Made by a program: the position numbers and the translations under genes. This document shows, one piece after another, positions 27,149 through 37,082 of a DNA stretch of 64,000 nt; positions within the stretch are counted from its first letter, which is position 1, and the number at the start of each line of letters is the position of its first letter. The notes beneath the pieces are model-generated. The model saw nothing but the letters and a program-made list of their open reading frames with translations. It did no database searches and was not told the DNA's origin. Source of the DNA: Chloroflexota bacterium (lineage in GTDB: Bacteria > Chloroflexota > UBA11872 > VXOZ01). Location of the stretch: NCBI GenBank assembly GCA_963663275.1, contig OY760183.1:992001-1056000 (forward strand). The letters run 5' to 3'.

Positions 27149-30100
27149 TCAGCGGGCTTCCGTCTCAGGAGCGTCGGCGGGTCCGGCGGCGTCTGCGCTT
27201 TTGCCGCCGGCCGCGTATATCAGCCCGCAGAGCGCGGCCGTCAGCCAGAACCAACTTGCCAGGTCCGGCAGAAAGTAGTAGTTGTCCAACAGTCCGTGGG
27301 TAACCGCCGCAAGCTGGCTGCCGACCAGGCCGACCGCCAAGGCGCGGGCGCCAGGGCCGCCGTCGAAGACCGCGCGGCGCGCCAGCAGGAAGAAGCGCCC
27401 CAGGAACGCCGCGATGAAGAGCAGTCCCGCCAGGCCCAGGCGCAGCCAGAAGTCCAGGAAGAGGTTATGGGGGTGCGAGAGGTTCGGTTCGCTGGCGGCC
27501 GCCGGGTCGAGGTATTGGGCGTAGACGTAGAGATAGTTGTCCAGCCCGACGCCGGTAAGCGGGTAGTCCGCGGCCATCCGCAGCGAGGACTGGCCTTGCA
27601 GCAGGCGCATGTGCGTGGTGGTGCCCGGCTCCAGGCTGAGCAGCGAGCGCACGCGCTCCGGGCCAAACGTCACACCCCCCGCCAGCAGCAGCGCGGCGGC
27701 CAAGACCACGCCGCCTGCCAGCCGCAGCCGCTGGCGGCGCTCCGGCCAGAGCGTCCAGATGAGGAAGAGCAGCAGGACGAAACCGGCCAGCCAACCGGCG
27801 CGGGAGAAACTGCCCACCAGCGTCAGCGCCAGCGCGGCGGCCAGCGGCCACGCCACGCGCCGCGGCCAGAGCCGGAACGCGCCCGCGGCCACCACGAACG
27901 GCAGCGCGCGCTCCACGATCATCGCCAGGTGGTTGGGCGAGGGATAGAACCCCGTGAGCCGCCGCACGCCTTCCGCCTCGATGGTGAAGCGCAGCCCGCT
28001 TTCCGCTCCCAGCGCGGCCGCGACCGGCGGCCCGGCCAGCGCCACGCCGGCCGCAACCGCGGTCCCGGCGGCGAACGCCTGTATCAACCGCCAGGCCTCT
28101 TGTCGATTCTCCAGCAGCCAACACGCGACTATGAACAGGAACACCGGCGCGACGATCGTCTGCCGCAGTTCGCGCAGGCTGAAGACCCCGTAGTGGGCAA
28201 AGAGCAGCGAGACCGCGCCAATCGCCAGCAAGCCCATCGCCCACCAGAAGAAGACGCGGCGCGGCGCCGGCCAGCGGCCTTGCAGGTAGGCGTGGGCAAT
28301 CAGGGAGCCGGTGAGCAGCAGGGTCAGCATCTCGCTCACCGGCAGCGCCAGGCCGCCGGTGTCCGGTACCAGCGCCGCGAACGGTAAGACCGCCGCCACG
28401 ACGTAGAGCAGCGCCCGGGGCCAGGCCAGCGCCGCGAGCGCCAGCAGCGCCAGCAGCAGGTATTGCGCCGCCGCGCCCGGCGCGAGCCAGAGCAGCGCCG
28501 CCAGCGGCAGGAGCAACGCGAACCGCGCTCCGTCGTGCCGCAGGATGCCGCCGTTCGACCAGACTGCGGCCTTTTGTACGAGCCGGCGCGGCCAATGCCG
28601 CCGCCGCAGCCAACCGGCCGCGGCCCAGCCCAGCGCGGCGACGAAGCCTGCGGAGAGGACGCCCACGATGACGTAGGGCCACAAGGGGCGCTCGCGCACG
28701 ACGACGATGGCGTCGATGTCAATGCCGCTGGCGCTGGACTGCGGGTGGCGCCGGCCCGTGATCTCGATTTCAACGACGTGTTCCCGGTCAGGCAGCCGGT
28801 CCGCCAGCAGCACCTCTTCCTGCCAGCGGTGCTCGGGCGCGTAGAGGTCCAGCGTCGCCTGGCCGCCGGCGTCCTTTGCCAGGCGGTGGGCCAGCGACTG
28901 GGAGCCGTTTATGCGCACCAGCGCGATGCCGGTATCCGGCCCCCGGCGCACCACCAGCGAGACCGCCGTGCCCCGGAACCGGAAGCGGAGTTTCGCGCCC
29001 GGCAGCGGCGTGCCCCGCGCCCCGCCCAGCACGTAGCGCGCGTCGTCGATGTGGAGCCACTCGCCTTCCCATTCCAGCGCCGGGTGCGACTCCTGGTGAT
29101 AGCCGACGCCCAGGGCGGGCGGGGCGCGCATCAGTTCCCGCATGGCCGTGAGCACCGGCCGCGGCGCGAAGTCCGCTTCCACCACGGCGAAGTGCTGCGT
29201 CGGATCGTCGGGGTTCGCCTGAGGCCAGTAGAAGTGCCAGAGGTTGATCAGCGGCAGCCAGGGCCACTCGCGTCGGGCGCGTTCCATCCCCGCTACCGTA
29301 TACCGCGCCTGGGTCTCCTCCGAGACGTTGCCCCACACCGACGGGTTCCCTTGCCAGTCCGGCGGCAGCGCGACCCAGCCGTACTCGCCGGCCCACACCG
29401 GCGTGGCCGCGTCGCCGTTGCGCACCATCACCTCCCGCACCAGCGCCGCCCGCGCGAAATTGGTGCGGCGCCGCGCAATGTAGCGGTCGTCCGGGCCGTA
29501 CCACAAGCCGTAGGAGGCGGTGCTGACCACGTCGAAGTACGGCGCGCCGCCGTGTTGGTACATGCCCTCCAGGAAGAGCAGTTCGCTGAGGTTCTGCGGC
29601 CCGGTCTCGGTGGTCGGCGCGAGCACGGCGGCCACGATGATCGCCTCCGGGTTCGCCTGCCGGATGCGTTGGGAGACCACCCGCAGCATGGCCGCGTAGG
29701 CCGCCGGATCCGGGTGGTGCGGCCACCATTCGCCGTGGAGATTAGGCTCGTTCCAGATTTGGAAGATGTTGAGGTCGCCGCGATACCGCTGCGCCAGGGC
29801 GTAGGCAAAGTCGCCGAAGTCCTCCAGCCGCGCCGGCGGCCCCTGGTGACGGCCGTCCGGCGGCGCGCCGTCGGCGTAGGCCCAGGGCGGCGGGCGTTCC
29901 AGGCGCGCGATGAGGGTCAGGTTGTGTTGCTTGGCGAGCGCCACCAGGCGGTCGTACTTCAGCCACGTGCTCGCCTGGGCCAGGTCGTTCCAGTACCTGC
30001 CCTTCCAGGGACGCTCGATGTCTTCCCAGGGAAAGACCTGGCGGATGTAGCGGAAGCCCGCCTCTTCCAGCAGGGCCATGCCGCGCTCGACCTTCTGCCA

Positions 30101-30283
30101 ATCCGGCTCCTGGTCGAAGCGCGTGTTGATGCCGTAGGGACGCACGTCGGCGTGGCGGATGGGATAGACCGACTCGCGTCCGTAGGCCACGCCGGTCTCG
30201 AACCAGAAGCGGTAGCCGACCAAGGCCAGGCTGGCCGCGCCGAGCACGAGCAGGAAGCCAACGAAGAAGAGGATTCGAGCCAC
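27149..30283 (-). CDS. Clan-A glycoside hydrolase-like domain fused to O-antigen ligase (Wzy_C) membrane domain
   Basis: QIWNEPN and AGEYGW catalytic-type Glu motifs; C-terminal SPNHLA, SFSRAG, GVGLDNY, HPHNLFL; GTG start after AGGAG inferred. Confidence 0.75.
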   Translation of the reverse strand: MARILFFVGFLLVLGAASLALVGYRFWFETGVAYGRESVYPIRHADVRPYGINTRFDQEPDWQKVERGMALLEEAGFRYIRQVFPWEDIERPWKGRYWNDLAQASTWLKYDRLVALAKQHNLTLIARLERPPPWAYADGAPPDGRHQGPPARLEDFGDFAYALAQRYRGDLNIFQIWNEPNLHGEWWPHHPDPAAYAAMLRVVSQRIRQANPEAIIVAAVLAPTTETGPQNLSELLFLEGMYQHGGAPYFDVVSTASYGLWYGPDDRYIARRRTNFARAALVREVMVRNGDAATPVWAGEYGWVALPPDWQGNPSVWGNVSEETQARYTVAGMERARREWPWLPLINLWHFYWPQANPDDPTQHFAVVEADFAPRPVLTAMRELMRAPPALGVGYHQESHPALEWEGEWLHIDDARYVLGGARGTPLPGAKLRFRFRGTAVSLVVRRGPDTGIALVRINGSQSLAHRLAKDAGGQATLDLYAPEHRWQEEVLLADRLPDREHVVEIEITGRRHPQSSASGIDIDAIVVVRERPLWPYVIVGVLSAGFVAALGWAAAGWLRRRHWPRRLVQKAAVWSNGGILRHDGARFALLLPLAALLWLAPGAAAQYLLLALLALAALAWPRALLYVVAAVLPFAALVPDTGGLALPVSEMLTLLLTGSLIAHAYLQGRWPAPRRVFFWWAMGLLAIGAVSLLFAHYGVFSLRELRQTIVAPVFLFIVACWLLENRQEAWRLIQAFAAGTAVAAGVALAGPPVAAALGAESGLRFTIEAEGVRRLTGFYPSPNHLAMIVERALPFVVAAGAFRLWPRRVAWPLAAALALTLVGSFSRAGWLAGFVLLLFLIWTLWPERRQRLRLAGGVVLAAALLLAGGVTFGPERVRSLLSLEPGTTTHMRLLQGQSSLRMAADYPLTGVGLDNYLYVYAQYLDPAAASEPNLSHPHNLFLDFWLRLGLAGLLFIAAFLGRFFLLARRAVFDGGPGARALAVGLVGSQLAAVTHGLLDNYYFLPDLASWFWLTAALCGLIYAAGGKSADAAGPADAPETEAR

Positions 30284-30444
30284 GATGGGAGATTCTGCTC
30301 CTGGGGAACCGGTGTCTCCGCGCGCGGAGGCCACGCGCTTGCGGACAGGCCGGCCAGTGGACTAACGCCGGCGGGCGCACACGGGCGCGGGAGGCGCAGC
30401 GGCCATGCTGCCAAACGCGCGCGGCGAGCGGCTTGCGCCGCGGT

Positions 30445-31587
30445 TCAGACCGCCGCCGCCAGCGCTTCCCGCGCCGGGGTCAGCGCGCGGTCGATGCGGC
30501 CGCCGCCGATTACCTCGTCGTCCCGGTAGAAGACCGCCGCCTGGCCGGGCGCCACCGCGCGGATCGGCTGGTCGAACGTCACGCGCGCTTCGCCGTCCCC
30601 GTCCGGCTCCACGGTGGCCGCCGCTGCCTCCATGCGGTAGCGGGTGCGCACGCTGACGCGCGCCGGCGCCGCGGGCGGCGCGTCAGCCACCCAGTGCACG
30701 TCAATCGCTTGCAGGGCGTGCGCGTAGAGGTCCTCGCGTTCGCCCACGATTACCCGATTGCCCTCCGGGTCCAGCGCAATCACGTAGAGCGGCCGCGGCC
30801 ACGTGAGGCCCAGTCCCCGGCGCTGGCCGACGGTGTAATTGATAATGCCGTCGTGTTCGCCCAGCACGCGGCCGTCCTTATAGCAAATGGGGCCGGAGGC
30901 GCCGATGCCGGGCTGCCAGGACTCCAGGAACTCGCGGTAGTTGTCGCTGGTCACGAAGCAAATCTCGTAGCTATCCGGCTTATCGGCCACGTGGAGGCCG
31001 TAGCGCCGCGCCAACGCGCGGGTTTCAGTCTTCGTCTGCGACCCCATCGGGAACATGGTTCCCGCCAGTTGATCCTGGCCGAGCATATAGAGCACGTAGG
31101 ACTGGTCCTTCTGCGGATCCAGCGCGCGCAGCAGGCGGTAGCGGCCGGCGGCGGCATCGTGCTGGACGCGCGCGTAGTGGCCGGTGGCGAGGTAGTCGGC
31201 GTCGAGCGCCCGCGCCCGCTCCAGGAAGGCCGCGAACTTGACGTACTGGTTGCAGTCCACGCACGGGTTGGGCGTGCGGCCGGCGGCGTAGGACGCGACG
31301 AACCGCGCCATCACCTCCCGCGCGAAGAGGTCGCGGAAGTTCAGCGAGTAATGAGGAATGCCGATGCGGTCCGCCACCCGCTGGGCGTCGTGCGTGGCGC
31401 TGAGCGAGCAGCAGGCGTGGAGGCGTGTATCCACCATGCCCTTCTGCCAGACGTTGAGCGTGATGCCAATCACCTCGTGGCCCTGCTCGGCAAGCATGGC
31501 GGCCACCACGGAGGAATCGACGCCGCCGGACATCGCCACCACGATGCGCGACGGCTTGGCTGCCTGTGGGAGTGCGTGTGTGATCAT
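30445..31587 (-). CDS. mnmA: tRNA 2-thiouridylase MnmA
   Basis: AMSGGVDSS, TPNPC, ATGHYA, KDQSY, YTVGQRRG, APGQ. Confidence 0.97.
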   Translation of the reverse strand: MITHALPQAAKPSRIVVAMSGGVDSSVVAAMLAEQGHEVIGITLNVWQKGMVDTRLHACCSLSATHDAQRVADRIGIPHYSLNFRDLFAREVMARFVASYAAGRTPNPCVDCNQYVKFAAFLERARALDADYLATGHYARVQHDAAAGRYRLLRALDPQKDQSYVLYMLGQDQLAGTMFPMGSQTKTETRALARRYGLHVADKPDSYEICFVTSDNYREFLESWQPGIGASGPICYKDGRVLGEHDGIINYTVGQRRGLGLTWPRPLYVIALDPEGNRVIVGEREDLYAHALQAIDVHWVADAPPAAPARVSVRTRYRMEAAAATVEPDGDGEARVTFDQPIRAVAPGQAAVFYRDDEVIGGGRIDRALTPAREALAAAV

Positions 31588-31790
31588 AGCACCGTTAAGT
31601 GTAGCATATTTGCCCCGCCGGCCCGCGTGGGATGGGCCGGCTACCCCTGGCGGGGGACGAGCCCCCGCGCTACGGCCGGTGCCCCGCGTTGGGATGGGCG
31701 CCGGCGCTCATTGGTCGCGCGCGGCTCATGCGCTATACTGGGTGGCAGCAAGAGCCGGCCGTACGTCCGCCTATCGCAAAGCCGCAGCGC

Positions 31791-32228
31791 ATGACACTCG
31801 ACGTTCCGATTCGCGTCCGCTATGCCGAAACCGACGCCATGGGCGTGGCGTATCACGGCCATTACTTCACGTGGTTCGAAGTGGCCCGGGTGGAGTTGAT
31901 GCGCGCGTTGGGGCTGCGCTACCGGGACCTGGAGACGGAGGGCATCTTCCTGCCGGTGGTGGAGTGCCGCGCGCGCTTCCTGGCCGCAGCGCGCTACGAC
32001 GCCTCCCTGAGCGTGCGGGCCGCGGTGATGGCGGCCACCCGCGCCAAGGTGGTGTTCGGCTACCGGGTGCGGGAACCGGGCGCGGCGCCCAGCCTGCTGG
32101 CCTGCGGCCAAACGACCCATGCGTTCACCACGGACCAGGGCAACGCCACGCGCCTGCCCAGCGCGCACCCGCTCTGGCAAGGCATGAAGAGCGTCTCGTG
32201 CCGTCCCGACTTCGTGTCATTCGCCTAG
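31791..32228 (+). CDS. Acyl-CoA thioesterase (4HBT/YbgC family)
   Basis: RVRYAETDAMGVAYHGHYFTWFEVAR. Confidence 0.9.
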   Translation: MTLDVPIRVRYAETDAMGVAYHGHYFTWFEVARVELMRALGLRYRDLETEGIFLPVVECRARFLAAARYDASLSVRAAVMAATRAKVVFGYRVREPGAAPSLLACGQTTHAFTTDQGNATRLPSAHPLWQGMKSVSCRPDFVSFA

Positions 32229-32268
32229 CAGAATTGTCTTCAGAATGTAGTAGGAGCCGCAATCACCA

Positions 32269-32433
32269 ATGGTACCTCCCCCGCGGACGCGAAACCGCTC
32301 GCTGCTGCGCCTTGCCCTCTACGCATTGGTGGTGGCCACCCTCATCATCGCCTTCCTCTACGCCTACGAGTTGACCGGCGGTCTCATCGAGGACGCGCTG
32401 GGAGCGATTGGCGACCTGCTGGGCCAGTTCTAG
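32269..32433 (+). CDS. 54-aa single-pass membrane protein (not in ORF track)
   Basis: AGGAG upstream; MVPPPRTRNRSLLRLALYALVVATLIIAFLYAYELTGGLIEDALGAIGDLLGQF; genome-typical codons. Confidence 0.55.
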   Translation: MVPPPRTRNRSLLRLALYALVVATLIIAFLYAYELTGGLIEDALGAIGDLLGQF

Positions 32434-32452
32434 ACGCCCCGCGTTGCCATTC

Positions 32453-33859
32453 CTACCCAGGCACCGGCGTTGGCGGCGGCTTGGGGGTCAGGTACTCCTC
32501 GATCGCGTCGTGGGCGGTTTGCGCCGCCTCCTCGATTGCCACTTGGCCGCGCGCCACGGGCAGCGTCAGCCGGCTGAAGAGCAGCCAACTGAGTTGCGTG
32601 CCGGTGGCCAGGTGGGAGGGCACGCTATCCACCAGCAGTTCCAGCAGCACGTCCCGCGCCACGGGGTCCAGCAGCAGCGACATGTGCTGGCCGGCGGGTT
32701 TCGCGATGTAGCCCTGCGCCTCGGTAACGGCCGGCGCCAGGCGGGTTTCGCCGACGTGGCGACCCAGGTGGAGCATGGTTGTGTAGCCCGCGTCGCCGTG
32801 CTGGCTGCCCACGGGCATCACCAGCGCCTCTTGCAGGCCCAGCGGCGTGCCGCCGCGCTTCTCTTTCGGTATCACGGCCGGCATGCGGTCCGCGCGGGGG
32901 CGGCTATAGAAAGGCGTGAAGATCATGGCCGCTTGCAGGCGCTGGCCGTCGATCGTGCCGCGCAGGGTCTGGGAATCGATGTCCGGGCCGTGGGGCATGG
33001 CCTTGTGGGTGCGGCCGATTTCCTGCCAGAAGCGGATGCCCCGCTGCGCGGCCCGCTCCGTGAGCTTGATCTCGCCGCTATCCAGGTCAACCGCGTCGCT
33101 GCCCTCTTGCAGCACGAACGGCAGCCAACCGGGGATGCTCCACTCGGCGTACCCCCAGAAGTCTATGTCCGCGTCGCCGTCCACGTCCCGCGTCAGCGAC
33201 TTGGCGGTCACGATGAAGTCTTCGTGGTTCCACGTGTGCGTGGGCGGGGCTACCTTGAACTCCTCGAACTTGTCGCCGTTGTACATCACCATGGCCGGCA
33301 GCACGGCCAGCGGCACGCCCATCAGTTGGCGGCGGTAGCGCGTCAGTTGCAGCGCGTTGGACGCGAAGGACTCGAGGAGATCGCTGTCGTCGGTCTGGGC
33401 ATAGCGGTCCAGCGGGGCGAGAATCTGGTGCGTAAAGGCGCGGGGAAAGTCCAGGGCGGAGTGCATCCAGGCGATGTCCAGGGGCGCGCCGCTGGCGTCC
33501 CGCGCCACCACGAACTCCCAAAAGCCGTCGCGCCAGGACTTATCGCTCGGCCGGCGGATTTCAACGGCCTCCAGTAGGGAACGGGGGGTGGGGCCGTCGA
33601 TGCGCTCGTCGTTCCAGGCGCTGATGACGTTGGCGGCCTCGGTGTGGATGCCCGCCAGGCGCGACATGAAGGCAAAGGTGAGAGTGACCGGCTCAGCCGA
33701 TTGGCCGCCGCCGGAGCCGCGCGGGGCGTCCTGGAACGGCGCTTTGCCTTCCAGTTCGGGACGCGCCGGGGCGCGCCCCGGCCCGCCGCCGCAGGCGGCC
33801 AGCGCCAATGAGCCGCCGCACACGGCGGCCAACGTTCCCATGTAATCGCGTCGCGTCAT
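32453..33859 (-). CDS. ABC sugar-type solute-binding lipoprotein (Tat-like signal)
   Basis: MTRRDY, LAACG, MYNGDKF...PP..TWN..DF...AKSLT. Confidence 0.8.
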   Translation of the reverse strand: MTRRDYMGTLAAVCGGSLALAACGGGPGRAPARPELEGKAPFQDAPRGSGGGQSAEPVTLTFAFMSRLAGIHTEAANVISAWNDERIDGPTPRSLLEAVEIRRPSDKSWRDGFWEFVVARDASGAPLDIAWMHSALDFPRAFTHQILAPLDRYAQTDDSDLLESFASNALQLTRYRRQLMGVPLAVLPAMVMYNGDKFEEFKVAPPTHTWNHEDFIVTAKSLTRDVDGDADIDFWGYAEWSIPGWLPFVLQEGSDAVDLDSGEIKLTERAAQRGIRFWQEIGRTHKAMPHGPDIDSQTLRGTIDGQRLQAAMIFTPFYSRPRADRMPAVIPKEKRGGTPLGLQEALVMPVGSQHGDAGYTTMLHLGRHVGETRLAPAVTEAQGYIAKPAGQHMSLLLDPVARDVLLELLVDSVPSHLATGTQLSWLLFSRLTLPVARGQVAIEEAAQTAHDAIEEYLTPKPPPTPVPG

Positions 33860-33909
33860 CGTGTCTCTATATTACCAAGCCCGGGCGCGGGGTAGCGTCC
33901 AACATGCCG

Positions 33910-34272
33910 CCGTGCGGCACGACGTGTTGCGCCGTTGCCGCGCCGCGTGGCACGACGTGTCGTGCCCCTACCACACCGTGCGGCACGATGTGTTGCGCCG
34001 TTACCGCGCCGCGTGGCACGATGTGTCGTGCCCCTACCAGACCGTGCGGCACGATGTGTTGCGCCGATACCGCGCCGTGTGGCACGACGTGTCGTGCCCC
34101 TACGACACCGTGCGGCACGATGTGTCGTGCCCCTACGACACCGTGCGGCACGATGTGTTGCGCCGATACCGCGCCGCGTGGCACGACGTGTCGTGCCCCT
34201 ACGACACCGTGCGGCACGACGTGTTGCGCCGTTGCCGCGCCGTGTGGCACGACGTGTCGTGCCTCTACCAAT
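33910..34272. repeat. 11 x 33-bp tandem array of two alternating variants derived from palindrome B
   Basis: CCGTGCGGCACGAYGTGTTGCGCCG... alternating with CCGYGTGGCACGAYGTGTCGTGCCCCTAC...; intact B copy at 34286. Confidence 0.9.
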
Positions 34273-34352
34273 CGTACGCCCCCCGGTAGGGGCACGACAT
34301 GTCGTGCCCCTACCGGGCAAGGCCGTGCTCCCTACCGGATGAGACCGTGCCC

Positions 34353-35666
34353 TTACCGGGGCGGCGGGCCGAGCCACTCCCGCACGGCGGCGGCGCCTCG
34401 TTCCAGCGCGGCGGCGGGCGCCAGGCTGCCGCGCAGCGCCGGCAGCGCCATCCGTTCCGTCAACGTCAGTCCCAGTTCATTGTACAGCGAGAGCGTCGTG
34501 CCCACGCTGTAGGAGAGGCTGCGCAGCACCACGTCGGCGCGGTCCAGTCCCAGCGCCAGGTCGGCGTGGCGGCGGTCGGGACGGCGGATAAACTCGATCG
34601 CGTTGTTCCGGGGCGGCGCCAGCAGGTTGGATCCCAGTTGCGCGGCCAGCGGCTTGGCCACGGCGTAGGCCGCTTCCGGCCGGCCGCTATGCGCCGCGAC
34701 GCCCACCATGTCGCTGACCAGCAGCGGCACGGCCTGCGCCGGCCCGCGCGGCGGCCCCACGAAGCCCAACGGCCAGGAAGCCGGTTCTTCATTGTGCCAG
34801 TTGATCAGCGTCAGGCGCAGGGAGGCGCGGGAGCCCTGGGCGCGCCGCTGCACGATAGCGTCCAGCGAAGATTGCGCGCCGCCTTCCAGCGCGTGGTACC
34901 GCTGGGCGAGGTCCAGCCAGAACCGCAATCCCACCAGCGCTTCAGGTTGGTCCAGTGTGGTCGCGCCGGCGTCCAGGTCGGCCGCGCGCCCGCCCGCGCC
35001 CACGATGAAGAGCAGCCACGCGGGCACGGCGGTTGTGCCAAATCCCCAGACCGTACCGCCGTTCGCGGTATAGGTGAGCGCCGCGGCTTTGGCGGCGAAT
35101 TCGTCCCAGGTCCAATGCGACTGCGGCGGCGCAACCTCGCGTTCGGCGAGCGCCTCGGCGTCGTAGCGCACCGCCAGCGTCCCAAGCGCCGCGGGCAGCG
35201 CCACCTGCCGCCCCCAGAAGCGGAGGGCGCGCAGCGATTCGGGGTGGTAGCCCTCCAGCGTGTTGTGCGCGTCGTTATCCAGGAACGGGTTGAGCGGGCG
35301 CAGCAGGTCGCCGCGCAGGATTGCGGGCAGGTCGTCGCGCTGGCTGAACCACACCACGTCGGGCGCTTCGCCGGCCGCCGCGCGCTGGCGCACGCCGTCC
35401 ACGAACGAGCGCCCCGGCGTGGAGACGATGGGGATCTCCCTGATCGTGGGCATCCCGCTGCCGGCGCCGGGCGCAAATCCGTAGCGGACCGCGGGCAGCG
35501 TTTTTTCCAACACCGCCGCCACCCGCTCACCGGCGCGCACGGCCACGGTGACGGTAACGTCCTCCGGCACCGGCGTGGGCGCGTCGGCCCCGCGCTGTCC
35601 GCAGGCCAGCAGCAGCGTGCCGCCAATGAGGCCGTTGGCGGCGCGTAACAACTCTTGTCGCGTCAT
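34353..35666 (-). CDS. ABC sugar-type solute-binding lipoprotein
   Basis: LLACG lipobox, APDVVW, WTWDEF..KAAALT; paralogous to 32453-33859. Confidence 0.8.
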   Translation of the reverse strand: MTRQELLRAANGLIGGTLLLACGQRGADAPTPVPEDVTVTVAVRAGERVAAVLEKTLPAVRYGFAPGAGSGMPTIREIPIVSTPGRSFVDGVRQRAAAGEAPDVVWFSQRDDLPAILRGDLLRPLNPFLDNDAHNTLEGYHPESLRALRFWGRQVALPAALGTLAVRYDAEALAEREVAPPQSHWTWDEFAAKAAALTYTANGGTVWGFGTTAVPAWLLFIVGAGGRAADLDAGATTLDQPEALVGLRFWLDLAQRYHALEGGAQSSLDAIVQRRAQGSRASLRLTLINWHNEEPASWPLGFVGPPRGPAQAVPLLVSDMVGVAAHSGRPEAAYAVAKPLAAQLGSNLLAPPRNNAIEFIRRPDRRHADLALGLDRADVVLRSLSYSVGTTLSLYNELGLTLTERMALPALRGSLAPAAALERGAAAVREWLGPPPR

Positions 35667-35762
35667 GACCGCCCCCTAACGCTAGAGAATCGTCTAGAGG
35701 CCAGTATACCACACCCTACCAAATGCGCTTGTCAATCGTCTGAATGCGCGCCCCGCGCCTCA

Positions 35763-35935
35763 GAGCCTGTTTACGATCTCTCTGTCTGCACCAGGAACGT
35801 TCGCCCTGAGCCGCGTCGAAGGGTGAACGGAACCACCGCAAGGTTGCATATAGCCGTTCATGCTTCGACAGGCTCAGCACGAACGGTCTTTATCGGCTTT
35901 GCTAACTCCCTCATAAGCAGATAGTAAACAGGTTC
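35763..35935. mobile_element. 173-bp MITE with IS5-like TIRs and TCA duplication
   Basis: GAGCCTGTTTACGATCT / AGATAGTAAACAGGTTC; TCA at 35760-35762 and 35936-35938 (stop codon of next gene); carries family G palindrome. Confidence 0.75.
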
Positions 35936-36598
35936 TCAGCCGAGCAGCGCGTACTTCACCAGCGTCCACAGCGCGCGCGGCCCGTCGATCCACATGTTCA
36001 ACTTGCGTTCGCTGCGCGGCGTGTAGGATATGGGCGCTTCCACGATGGTGTAGCCCCGCTTGAGAATCTTGGCCGTGAGCTCGGGTTCGACTTCGAACCC
36101 GGTCGACTCGATCGTGAACTGCGCCACCACCTCCCTGGCCATCATCTTGTAGCACGTCTCCATGTCGTGCAGCGACGCGCGGAACAGTGTGCGGGTCACC
36201 AGGGTAAGGAAGAGATTGCCGAGGCGGCGGATGGATTCCTGGTTTTCCAGGGAGCGCACGCCGTAGACCACTTTGGCCTCGCCCCGCGCGATCGGCGCCA
36301 GCATGGCCGCGAAGTCCGCCGGGTCGTACTCCAGGTCGGCGTCCTGAAAGACCACCACGTCGCCGGTGGCCGCCGTCAGCGCCGTGCGAATTGCCGCGCC
36401 TTTGCCCTCGTTCTCCGGGTGGTAGATGAGGTGGAAACGCTCGTCCCGCAGCGACTCCAGCACCGCCCGCGTGCCGTCCGTGGAGCCGTCGTCGACGACG
36501 ATGATCTCTTTTTCCAGCGGCACGGCTTCCACCCGCTCCAGGACGGCGCGAATGGTATCGCGTTCGTTGTAAACCGGAATCAGGACGGAAAGTTTCAT
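35936..36598 (-). CDS. GT2 glycosyltransferase (polyprenol-phosphate mannosyltransferase-like)
   Basis: IPVYNE, VDDGSTDGT, GKGAA, QDADLEYDP, DMETCYK. Confidence 0.92.
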   Translation of the reverse strand: MKLSVLIPVYNERDTIRAVLERVEAVPLEKEIIVVDDGSTDGTRAVLESLRDERFHLIYHPENEGKGAAIRTALTAATGDVVVFQDADLEYDPADFAAMLAPIARGEAKVVYGVRSLENQESIRRLGNLFLTLVTRTLFRASLHDMETCYKMMAREVVAQFTIESTGFEVEPELTAKILKRGYTIVEAPISYTPRSERKLNMWIDGPRALWTLVKYALLG

Positions 36599-36942
36599 GG
36601 CGGCGCTCGCGGCGTTTGGGGAGGTGGGGACGGCAGCCGCGTCGTGCGGGCTTGGACGCGGGGCGCTTCTACTATATCATTGGGTCTGGAAGCGGGTAAA
36701 CCGGCGCAGCCACGCCGTCGCTCTCCGTCTTGTCCCCTCTCCCTCAAGGGAGAGGGTTAGGATGAGGGGAGACTGTGCGGCGAGTCGTGCCTAATCCTTG
36801 CGGAACGGGCGCCAAGCCGACAAGGAATCACCCCTCACCCCGGCCCTCTCCCTCAGGGAGAGGGAGTTGCAATACGCGCCGAGCGGTGTTACGTAAGGGA
36901 TTCCAGAGGGTGAGAAGTCCGTCTTGTCCCCCTCTCCCACAG

Positions 36943-37082
36943 GAGACCTTTGCGTAACCCCTTCCCCACTGGGGGGAAGGTTGGGATGGGGGGCGAAATG
37001 GCTTGACTTCATGCAAGATTTAGTTGTAAAAGCACTCTGGATTCCGGTTTTCACCGGAATGACGGAGTTATGCAAAGGTCTC
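36943..37082. mobile_element. 140-bp MITE with IS5-like TIRs, copy 2 (opposite orientation), in the loop of a family-D palindrome
   Basis: GAGACCTTTGCGTAAC...GTTATGCAAAGGTCTC; CACAG direct repeats 36938-36942 and 37083-37087. Confidence 0.85.

Noticed and set aside
33910-34272. CRISPR array, or Cys-rich repeat protein ORFs (e.g. 33808..34512)
   Set aside because: Inter-core sequences repeat rather than being unique; ORFs are open in all frames simply because the 33-bp unit lacks stops.
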